From the NCBI GenBank assembly GCA_041690595.1, contig JAWLHB010000048.1, positions 1 through 63,659 of the forward strand: a stretch of DNA of 63,659 nucleotides, written 5' to 3'. This document shows, piece by piece, positions 56,001-63,659 of this stretch. The notes beneath the pieces are model-generated. The model was not told the DNA's origin, did not search any database, and saw only the letters and a program-made list of their open reading frames with translations. Position 1 is the first letter of the stretch, and the number at the start of each line of letters is the position of its first letter. The DNA comes from Lentisphaeria bacterium. GTDB lineage: Bacteria > Verrucomicrobiota > Lentisphaeria > JABSQK01 > JAWLHB01. A program made the position numbers and the translations under genes.

Positions 56001-56355
56001 CGCCTTTCTCTTCCCGAAGCCACACCGTATCGCGACGGGCGAGATCGTCTTCAACGGGCGTGCCGGCGCCATCGAGCAGGATGGCGACACGCTCGCGTTC
56101 CATGTGGCCGACGGCACCCGCTGCGGCGTCCCGGGCCGCCTCCTGATCGACGGCGAGGGGCCCTATACCGCGCGACTGGACGGCGATCAACTGGAGGTGG
56201 CAAGCACGGGTGTAGCCCGCTGGCTGACCATCGAAGGCCCTGCCTTCCAGTCCGCCACCCGCGATGGAGAGAGCCATGATCTGGAGCAGCTCAGCCAGTC
56301 CAGACGCCGCCTCTATCTCCCCGCGGGGCCGGGAGCCATAGTCCTGCGTCTGTGA
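53002..56355 (+). CDS. Large heparinase II/III-like (alpha-toroid + beta-sandwich) protein
   Basis: PHNF, GAWLESSTY, PVMGDG, HFHEPEGTFQL, WHRRHFLLV; no signal peptide. Confidence 0.6.
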   Translation: MPAGELARFTLTDRLDHTWLHERVGFHVDNLPLDQNLAILDEQDNPHPCQAVGSEVWFYVDELPAMGTRTYRLVTVEEEVVAPGRAVHAVQQGKWMIVETPYLAVRLAAGQNEDGSWPAPFLGMRGGSKHWMGGSRIAFSEALVVENMVTEALEVGPLWQKWQVRYECTTGETYTMWIRIFGEEPYVEFHEESRLNRDSWLIFDTEGLDPDHMWTHRHKLDSFGGKHGNLGSIQMPVYSGVWVPDDYYYAVLINERGESPDSLAVCGIEGSYWDYPYANQIDIERHVEAGPAGHDKGVISLNMSIKAGHRAWLLMLADQEQVLTTTPHFDNPVHRVVKQYETPLHKVKDYVLDWGETPPAQRPFAIADGAQLEQARQRAVTYDKFREYVESLDPELPGDYTYYHSGTHRTFEPHHRNDPAVLYVTGSDPEERRKQAGFLKEVVIEGLAHRRHAMLRDGGHTDQHCASINLGRGLRPWAALYDLAASEGVFSEEEARLVQATFAFFCYKIMDRDFWPAEALILRDDHPRSAHRTHWFPGRHSDWAFYNIDNIPHNFHGDLWSALGCMAIALPRHPLSREWVDQTLEWWESELTQWVFAGGAWLESSTYTLNSMKDYLIYCRMLKNARIRDYFSDERLQRAFRFIAEALGPHDERIGGRSLPVMGDGGYPNGFCYVLGWMAGLTRDVDPDFSRLMSLAWKSTGEYLTEPGRFGLNFCDFLFIDPEIPAAEPASLTSHWYRGMGAILRHAHGTPDEIWMFIKAGIIYSHFHEPEGTFQLWWNSSPLCDEYGVQYGKGTDDKPTSSPECHNCIEIEGLETAYNKGDVTTFVSTEAFDYVIVDSPMLPAYLEEGQWIWGFRGEMGPAGWHRRHFLLVKPYFLYVYDELESPYPTIYHLNIKADGKRQEGNVVHYDGRLGTDLEVAMLNLGDRQIEHSEFDVDPRSQYGFQPPPGFYHQLQLHVRSEGYTDYASVLVPHASGQAASVASDPESGGAAITHGRNRFRAFLFPKPHRIATGEIVFNGRAGAIEQDGDTLAFHVADGTRCGVPGRLLIDGEGPYTARLDGDQLEVASTGVARWLTIEGPAFQSATRDGESHDLEQLSQSRRRLYLPAGPGAIVLRL

Positions 56356-56481
56356 CCAAGCCTATCTGACGGCCTCCTCCAGCGCGTTCCGCCGAAAAAT
56401 ATCCCTTCACGGTTTGCCAATCAGCCACTACCCGCTTACTGTACCATTCTCCAAGTACCCCCCGCATGCTTTCTTCCCGGT

Positions 56482-56558
<77 letters not shown>

Positions 56559-56573
56559 TTTTCTCTTTTTCCT

Positions 56574-56677
56574 CTGGTAGCGCGTCCCGAGCGCGCAAGC
56601 GCCTCGGGGAAGTAGCAGGTTCAAATCCTGTCATCCCGACCATTTTTCTCTGGTAGCGCGCCCCGAGCGGGGGCTCG
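56574..56677 (+). repeat. tRNA-Pro-derived tandem repeat (pseudo-tRNA)
   Basis: CTGGTAGCGCG repeated at 56574 and 56650; exact 28-nt tRNA 3' end at 56615-56642. Confidence 0.85.
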
Positions 56678-56961
56678 AATGCCTCCCAATCCACATCTTC
56701 TCGACTGTACAACTCGGTCTGCCTGTACGAAATAAGGCTCCTTATGTCGCACACGCTGGTCTCGAATCAGGCGGGTTAGCCTGTTTACCGTTTCTGCCGA
56801 AGCCTTGTTAAATGGCCATCCGGCCACACCATAGCACGGAGGCATCGGCCCTTGGAGGATCCGCGCCATGTGGTAGACCCCAGACGGCTTCGACGCCCCT
56901 GTTGGCCCCTGTGGCCATCTGGCACAGCCAGATCGCCAAGCACAGTTGACAACCATGAGTC

Positions 56962-57410
56962 TTGATACGGGACGGGCGGCTTTGCAAGCTCTACGGCATC
57001 CGCCTCTCGGCTCCGCCCCTGGGCCGCCCCAGCCCGGATGCCGCCGCCCAGCGCGCCCAATTCATTCAGGACGAGAAGGATCGCAACGCCGTCGAGGGCA
57101 AGTTCGGCCAACTCAAGCGCCGCTTCAGCCTCGACCAGGTGATGGCCAAGCTCAAGAGCACCAGCGAGACCGCCATTGCCATGGCCATCTTCGTCGCCAA
57201 CCTCGTCCACTGCGAAGCGAGCGGCCTCGCCGCCCTTTGGCGGCTTCTCAGCCGAAGCGGTCAGATCGCGACCAGCCTGCTGGCACGGTTCCCCACGGGC
57301 CTTACCGCCCTCATCCCCTTGGCCCATTCGCGTCCACCACCGCCACTACACCGCCTGTCCGGCTATCAGACGGCCGTCGCCTGAACCTTTTTCCCTTTTT
57401 CAAGCCCCAT
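56962..57410 (+). mobile_element. IS5-family transposase C-terminal remnant
   Basis: GIRLSAPPLGRP, RNAVEGKFGQLKRRFSL..AKL..TSET.I...ANL; N-terminal part absent. Confidence 0.75.
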
Positions 57411-57550
57411 GTGGACTTGACTCATAATTCGGATATTGTACATAATCAGGGAAACTTCGGCTGAGTTGACTTTGCATCTCCTTGCAGAACATCCAAAATC
57501 CAGCGTCCGAAGTACAGTCGTTTGACTCGAACGGGACGGGGAGGTGGATT

Positions 57551-59002
57551 ATGGATGCGCATGGGAAATCGGAATCTGGCGGGGTGCCAAAGGTTTGCAC
57601 GGGTATCTCGGGGCTCGACGAAATCACCAGGGGAGGGCTGCCGGCGGGCCGGCCGACCCTGCTTTCCGGCGGGCCGGGTTGTGGCAAGACCATGCTGGCC
57701 ATGGAGTTCATCTGCCGTGGCGCCATGCAGTTCGATGAGCCGGGCATCTTTGTTTCCTTCGAGGAATCGCCGGAAGACCTTGAAGCCAATTTCGCTGAAT
57801 GCACCTTTGGCTTGAGCGCCGCTCTGGCGTCCGGCAAGGTACGGCTGAAGACGGCGCTGATCAATCATGAGCCAGTGGTGGAGTCTGGTGAGTATACGCT
57901 GGATGGCTTGCTGGTGCGTCTGGGGCACTGGGTCGACTCCGTGGATGCCCGCCGCCTCGTGCTCGACAGCCTGGACAGCCTGCTCTCGCGCTTCACGGCC
58001 TCGGCCAACCTGCGCTACGAGCTCTCCCGCCTCTTGCAGTGGAGCAAGGATCGTGGGCTCACCACCATCGTCACCTCCGAACGCAACGATGGTCAGCCCC
58101 AGCGCTACAGCCTGCAGGAATACATCTCCGACTGCGTCATTCTGCTCGATCACCGAGTAGCCGGACAGGTCTCCAAACGGCGCCTGCGTGTGCTCAAGTA
58201 CCGCGGATCCGGCCACGGTAAGGACGAGTACCCGTTCCTCATCGGCGAGCTTGGCATTTCCGTCCTGCCCATTACCTCGCTGGGGCTGGATAGCTTGGCG
58301 CCAAGGGATTTTGTCACCTCGGGCATCACGGGGATCGATGCAATGCTCGATGGCAATGGCTATTTTCGAGGCAGCACCGTCCTGGTAACCGGCGCTGCCG
58401 GCACCGGCAAGAGCTCGCTGGCTGCCTGCTTCGCCGAAGCCGTCTGCCGCCATGGCGGCAAATGTATATATTTCTCGTTCGAGGAATCAGCCAGCCAGTT
58501 GGTGCGTAACATGGCCTCCATCGGCATCGACCTGGAAACCTCGACCAAGTCGGGAAGCCTGCGCGTGGAGCCACTCCGCCCCAGCGCTTTCGGGCTCGAG
58601 GAGCATCTGGCCAGGGTGCACGCCATGGTCGACAATATGCAGCCCGATGCCGTCGTCATGGACCCAATCACCAGCTTTACCTCGATCGGTGACCGGACGG
58701 AAGTGAAGGCGATGCTCATCCGCCTCTTCGATTTCCTCAAGTCACGGGGGATCACCGTGATCCTGCCCAGCCTGACACCCGGCTTCGGCACCGATGGGGA
58801 GACCGAGACCGCGGTTTCCTCCCTCGTCGACACCTGGATCATCATCCTGTTCGTGCGCGAGCAGGGGCAACGACGGCGGCAGCTTTATATTCATAAAGCC
58901 CGAGGCATCGCGCATTCCCAGGAGCTTGGCGAGCTGACACTTTCGACCACCGGGCCAGCCGTCACCCCCTATGCCCAGAATGCGGCAGCAGGCCTGATAT
59001 GA
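57551..59002 (+). CDS. kaiC: Circadian clock protein KaiC homolog (double RecA-like domain)
   Basis: GGPGCGKT and GAAGTGKS Walker A, FEES x2, KYRGS, VSSLVDTWI; RBS GGAGG. Confidence 0.92.
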   Translation: MDAHGKSESGGVPKVCTGISGLDEITRGGLPAGRPTLLSGGPGCGKTMLAMEFICRGAMQFDEPGIFVSFEESPEDLEANFAECTFGLSAALASGKVRLKTALINHEPVVESGEYTLDGLLVRLGHWVDSVDARRLVLDSLDSLLSRFTASANLRYELSRLLQWSKDRGLTTIVTSERNDGQPQRYSLQEYISDCVILLDHRVAGQVSKRRLRVLKYRGSGHGKDEYPFLIGELGISVLPITSLGLDSLAPRDFVTSGITGIDAMLDGNGYFRGSTVLVTGAAGTGKSSLAACFAEAVCRHGGKCIYFSFEESASQLVRNMASIGIDLETSTKSGSLRVEPLRPSAFGLEEHLARVHAMVDNMQPDAVVMDPITSFTSIGDRTEVKAMLIRLFDFLKSRGITVILPSLTPGFGTDGETETAVSSLVDTWIIILFVREQGQRRRQLYIHKARGIAHSQELGELTLSTTGPAVTPYAQNAAAGLI

Positions 59003-59344
59003 AACCCACCGATCACCTGCCAGTAATCGGGGAAGGCCGCGAACCCCCGGTGTGGGAGTTCTGTCTGTTCGTCGCCGGCATGACCGCGGTCTCCGAACGA
59101 GCACAGCGGAACTTGGAGCGGCTCTGCCTCAAGCATCTGCCCGAGCGTCATCATATCGAGGTCGTTGGATATCGTCGAAGACCCGGAGCGCGCCGATCTG
59201 TTCGATATCATCGTCGCGCCAACCCTTATCCGGATTCTGCCCATGCCGCATCGCCGACTGATCGGCGATCTGTCGGGCACCTCGGTGGTGCTGGCTGGGC
59301 TTGGGCTGAATGCCCCGGCGGAGACAGGCAATGAGCAACTCTGA
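58999..59344 (+). pseudogene. kaiB: KaiB homolog with +1 frameshift at 59167
   Basis: LFVAG.T..SERA..NL..HIEVV, extra G, then DIVEDPERA..IIVAPTLIR.LP.P.RRLIGDLS in the next frame. Confidence 0.85.
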
Positions 59345-62300
59345 GCAGCTGATTGAGCCGGGCAAGCGCCAGGAGCCACTGGCCAGCCAACTGGCTGAAT
59401 TGGTGAATGTCACCCAGGACGGGATTCTGGTTGTCGATGACGACGGGAAAGTGGTCTTTGGCAATGCGGCAGCGGCGGCGCTGCTCGGGCGCCAGCCCGA
59501 CGAAATCGTCGGCTACCAGTTGGGCCAGCCGGCGGTAGGCGCGGGACCGACGACCGTGGCAATCCGCCGCAAGGGCGGCGCTCCCCCCCTGACCGTGCAA
59601 ATGCGCACCGCGGCGACTTCCTGGCAAGGCAATTCCGCCTACGTGGTTAACCTGAACGACATCACCGAGGCCCAACGCGCTTTCGCTCAGGCCCAACGGC
59701 TGGCGGCTATCGTCCAGTCGACCGAGGACGCGATCATTGGCAAGTCCCTGGACGGGACGATCGCCACCTGGAATCCGGGCGCTGAACGCATGTACGGGTA
59801 TACCGCCGAGGAGGCCATTGGGCGTTCTGTAGGAATGCTTTTTCCGCCCGACAACGGTGACGAGCACACCAAGATCCTCAGACGAGTCGCGCAGGGCGAG
59901 ACCGTCACCGATCAGGAATGCGTGCGCTGTGCCAAGGACGGCCCTCTGCTCTATGTGTCCATCACGACCTCGCCGATTCGCGACGAGGAAGGGGCGATCG
60001 TGGGAGCGTCGACCATTGCCCGCGACGTGAGCGACCAACGCCGCGAACGCGAGGCCCTCGCCAGGCGGACGTATGACCTGGGGGAGCGCGTGAAAGAACA
60101 GGCGTGTATGTACGCCTGCAGCAGTGGGGCCAACCAGGCTCGGACGATCGACGAACTGGTCGACTCCGTCGCCCACATTCTGCCGACTGGGTTTCAGTCA
60201 CCCCACCTCGTTTCGGCCAGAGTGACGCTGAACCACCACGTGGGCACGTCGAGAGCGTTTGCTGAGTCGAAATGGCGGTTGTCGGCCGAGGTGATGGTAC
60301 ATGACGAGACGCGCGGTCGAGTGGAAGTGTTCGCCCCCGAAACCATGCCCGGCGAGAATGGCAATCGCTTCCTGCCGGAGGAAGAAAACCTGGTCAAGGC
60401 CATCGCCCACCTCGCGGCCAATGCCTGCCTGCGCCTGGAGGCTCGCCAGCGCATTCATCAGCTGAATCAGATTCTGCGAGCCATCCAAGGCGTGAACAAG
60501 CTGATTGTGAAGGAGAAGGATCGGGGGCTGTTGATTCAGGGAGCGTGTGAGACACTGTCGCAGTCCAGTACCTTCTATGGCTGTTGGCTGGCGGTGCAGG
60601 CCGACGCCGGGATTATCGATGTCGCCCACGCGGGGCTGAGCGCCGAGCGGGTTGCCCGGCTTACCTCAAGCATCGAGAATGGTATCTTGCCAACTTGTCA
60701 GAACTCCGACGCGGGCGTCTTGTGCCGGTTCCCTGCCAACGAATCGGTAGGCTGCGAAGGCTGCTCGATGCGCGGAATCGGCGGCGAAGACGCTGTCGTC
60801 GTGGCGGCGCTGACCCATGCGGGCCATCGCTACGGAACCATCGCCGTCTACGTCCAGGAGCAGCTTCAGGAAGACGGCGAAGAGATCGCCCTCCTGCAGG
60901 AAGTCGCCGACGATCTGGCGCTGGCGCTCCACGCCATTGCCATGGAGGAAGCGCGGCAGAAGCGCGAATACCTGCTTCAGGAGACCGCCCGCGTGGCCCA
61001 TGTCGGGGGGTGGGAATGGAACCCGGCAACCGGCAACATCACCTTCACCGACGAATGGCAGCATATTCACGGGCACGACGCCAGAGAAGGCTCGCTGGCC
61101 GATTGGCTCGATTGCGTGCATCCCGACGATCGAGACGCCTTATCCGCAGCCGTCGTCAGAGCTATGTCCGACAGCACTCCGATCGACGAGAGGTACCGCA
61201 TCGTCCGCCCGGATACCGGCGCAATCCGCCACGTCCATGCTCACGGCAATTTCCGCACGACCACTACAGGCCCCCGCATGATCGGAGCCACCGTGGATGT
61301 CACCGAGAACCACGAGCGGGTCGCTCGCCTGGAAGCTCAGGCACACATGCTCGCCTCCATCGGCGAGGCAGTCATCGTCATCGATCCACAGGGACTGATC
61401 ACCTACTGGAATGCCGCCGCCGAACGCCTCTATGGGTGGACGGCCGAAGAGGCGCTGGGCAAGCCGGTCTGCGAGCTCACACCGTCACCAGAAAGTAAGT
61501 TGCATGCAGAAGCGATCATGACTTGTCTGGCACGCGGCGAAAGCTGGTCGGGTGAGTTCAGCCTGCAACGCAAGGATGGCTCCAGTTTCGACGCCATGGT
61601 GCTCGACACTCCCATCATCAGCAGCGACGGGAAGGTTGAGGCCATCATCGGCGTTTCGTCCGACATCACCGCCCGCAAACAGGCTGAACGGGAGATGAGC
61701 GACTTGGCGATGAAGCTGACGACTGCCATCAATGCCGGGCGAGTGGGGCTATGGGATTGGGATTTGAGTACGAACCAGGTCACCTATTCCACCGAATGGA
61801 AACGCCAGATCGGCTACGCGGACAATGAAATCGCCGACGACTTCGAGGAATGGCGGAGTCGCGTCCACCCGGACGATCTCAGGCCCACGCTCGACCGCAT
61901 TCAGGCATTCCTCACCAAGCCATGCATTGGGTTGACTACTGAGTTTCGCCTCCGGCACAAGGATAGTTCCTACCGATGGATCCTGGCCCAGTCAACAGGC
62001 GAAATCCAGGGGGATGGCAAACTGCAAGGGGTAGTCGGATCGCACATTGACGTGACCGACCTGCACCGCGCGGAAGAGGAACGCCTCGCCCTGGCGGCAC
62101 AACTGCAGCAAGCTCAGAAAATGGACTCCATTGGCCGATTGGCCGGGGGCGTGGCCCATGATTTCAACAACAAGCTGAGCATCATCCTCGGCTTCGCGGA
62201 AATCGCCATGATGAAGATGCCATCTTCTGACCCGTCCTACCGGCGCCTGCAGGAAATTCGCCGGGCAGGTGAAAGCGCGGCGGATCTGACCCGACAGCTC

Positions 62301-63242
62301 CTGGCCTTTGCCCGCAAACAGACCATCGCCCCGAGGGTGCTCGACCCCAACGACCTGATCGCAGGCATGCTGAAGATGCTTGGACGGCTGATCGGCGAAG
62401 ATATCGAGCTGCTGTGGAAGCCGGCGCATCGGGTCAGGGCAGTGAAGATCGATCCCGGACAAGTGGATCAGATCCTGGCAAATCTGGTAGTCAATGCCCG
62501 CGATGCTATCCATGACGTCGGTACCATCACAATTGAGACTGCCAACGTAACGCTCGACGCAGCCATCTGCGCACTCCACCCCGAATCCGAACCGGGCGAC
62601 TACGTTATGATCGCGGTCAGCGATACCGGCATCGGCATGGGAGAAGCGACCCTATGTCAGATTTTCGAGCCGTTCTTCACCACCAAGCCACTTGGCAAAG
62701 GCACCGGGCTTGGCCTTTCTACCGTCTACGGCGTCGTCAGGCAGAACCACGGCGCCATCGATGTCGTCAGCCACGTCGGGGCCGGTACCACCTTCAAGAT
62801 CTACCTGCCCTGCCCACCCAGCGCGGAAGTGGCGGCAATCGTCGCAAGAACGACCGGGGAAATCCCGACGGGCACCGAGACCATCCTCCTGGTGGAAGAC
62901 GAACCCGCATTGCTCGACATGGTCTGCTCGATGCTTCTGGATGCCGGGTACACCGTGTTGGCCGCCGGTACTCCCGAGCAAGCGCTGGAGTTGGCCCGAC
63001 AGCACGGCACGACCATTGATCTGCTCCTCACCGACGTGGTGATGCCCAGCATGAACGGCCGCGATTTGCACGACCAGCTGACCACCGAGCTCCCCAGCCT
63101 GCCCTGCATCTTCATGTCCGGCTACACCGCCGATGTCATCGCCGACCGAGGCGTACTCGAGGACAACGTCCATTTCGTCCAGAAGCCCTTCACCGCCCTG
63201 GCGATTGGCCGCAAGATCCGCGAAGTACTGACCGAGGTCTGA
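59331..63242 (+). CDS. Hybrid sensor histidine kinase (multi-PAS/GAF, HisKA-HATPase, receiver)
   Basis: GGVAHDFNN H-box, NLVVNARDA, DTGIGM, FEPFFTTK, GTGLGL, ILLVEDE..TDVVMP..KPF. Confidence 0.95.
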   Translation: MSNSEQLIEPGKRQEPLASQLAELVNVTQDGILVVDDDGKVVFGNAAAAALLGRQPDEIVGYQLGQPAVGAGPTTVAIRRKGGAPPLTVQMRTAATSWQGNSAYVVNLNDITEAQRAFAQAQRLAAIVQSTEDAIIGKSLDGTIATWNPGAERMYGYTAEEAIGRSVGMLFPPDNGDEHTKILRRVAQGETVTDQECVRCAKDGPLLYVSITTSPIRDEEGAIVGASTIARDVSDQRREREALARRTYDLGERVKEQACMYACSSGANQARTIDELVDSVAHILPTGFQSPHLVSARVTLNHHVGTSRAFAESKWRLSAEVMVHDETRGRVEVFAPETMPGENGNRFLPEEENLVKAIAHLAANACLRLEARQRIHQLNQILRAIQGVNKLIVKEKDRGLLIQGACETLSQSSTFYGCWLAVQADAGIIDVAHAGLSAERVARLTSSIENGILPTCQNSDAGVLCRFPANESVGCEGCSMRGIGGEDAVVVAALTHAGHRYGTIAVYVQEQLQEDGEEIALLQEVADDLALALHAIAMEEARQKREYLLQETARVAHVGGWEWNPATGNITFTDEWQHIHGHDAREGSLADWLDCVHPDDRDALSAAVVRAMSDSTPIDERYRIVRPDTGAIRHVHAHGNFRTTTTGPRMIGATVDVTENHERVARLEAQAHMLASIGEAVIVIDPQGLITYWNAAAERLYGWTAEEALGKPVCELTPSPESKLHAEAIMTCLARGESWSGEFSLQRKDGSSFDAMVLDTPIISSDGKVEAIIGVSSDITARKQAEREMSDLAMKLTTAINAGRVGLWDWDLSTNQVTYSTEWKRQIGYADNEIADDFEEWRSRVHPDDLRPTLDRIQAFLTKPCIGLTTEFRLRHKDSSYRWILAQSTGEIQGDGKLQGVVGSHIDVTDLHRAEEERLALAAQLQQAQKMDSIGRLAGGVAHDFNNKLSIILGFAEIAMMKMPSSDPSYRRLQEIRRAGESAADLTRQLLAFARKQTIAPRVLDPNDLIAGMLKMLGRLIGEDIELLWKPAHRVRAVKIDPGQVDQILANLVVNARDAIHDVGTITIETANVTLDAAICALHPESEPGDYVMIAVSDTGIGMGEATLCQIFEPFFTTKPLGKGTGLGLSTVYGVVRQNHGAIDVVSHVGAGTTFKIYLPCPPSAEVAAIVARTTGEIPTGTETILLVEDEPALLDMVCSMLLDAGYTVLAAGTPEQALELARQHGTTIDLLLTDVVMPSMNGRDLHDQLTTELPSLPCIFMSGYTADVIADRGVLEDNVHFVQKPFTALAIGRKIREVLTEV

Positions 63243-63659
63243 CCGCTGCACTCAAGCCGCCTGAACGCCGCCAGAAGTGGCTGATTGGGCTTGTCGGCTT
63301 GCCTATCGCAGGACCAGACCCACGGCCGTCCCCGTCCTGTGCGGATATTCATATGGATAGCTCTGAGCGTCCATGGAGAGCCCGATCAGCTGGATCTCGC
63401 ACACATTTCGGCCGATCTGTGCGGAAATGTGCGCAGTCGGTATCTACGGTGAAATCGGCAGGGCCTGAGCCCCGGTCGGGTGGCATTGCCAGTCCTGCCT
63501 TAGTGCCAGTAAGTCTATCGGATGCCACTTGATCCCCACTTAGGGGTTAAAATGAAATTTGTCTAGCCCAACTTCAGCATAAGTGACGGCTGAAATGGCG
63601 ATTTTTGAGCCTTTTGTGCGGACCACAGGCTCAAGCGGTTTCATTTCTGGCGAAATAGT

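Noticed and set aside
56615..56642. attR of an integrated island
   Set aside because: Only 56 bp separate it from the tRNA and there is no integrase in the window; kept as a tRNA-derived repeat
58999..59334. 111-aa ORF as an intact KaiB
   Set aside because: Its C-terminal half is out of frame; the KaiB motifs continue in the +1 frame

Overview
GC-rich bacterial scaffold with one 100-N gap (16946-17045). Gene content (prepilin-type FTLIE/H-X9-DG proteins, GntR-LacI chimeric regulators, DUF4838/DUF4091/CBM9-like glycan enzymes, sulfatase, double-length UvrA) suggests a PVC-superphylum organism, probably Lentisphaerota (inference). The window holds several glycan-utilisation loci, housekeeping genes (DinG-like helicase, recR, uvrA, wrbA, speA, nucleotide-sugar enzymes) and two intergenic tandem arrays, each upstream of a GntR-LacI gene. 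It also has a sigma54-type two-gene cassette for secreted low-complexity repeat proteins, tRNA-Pro(GGG) followed by tRNA-derived repeats, an IS5-like remnant and a kaiC-kaiB(frameshifted)-hybrid kinase locus. The best candidate for an undescribed system is an ArsR-headed thiol/redox operon (40840-45767). It encodes an apparently exported thioredoxin + NosL-like + MerB-like fusion beside ArsF/ArsG-like genes. All family calls are by-eye motif recognition, not database results.
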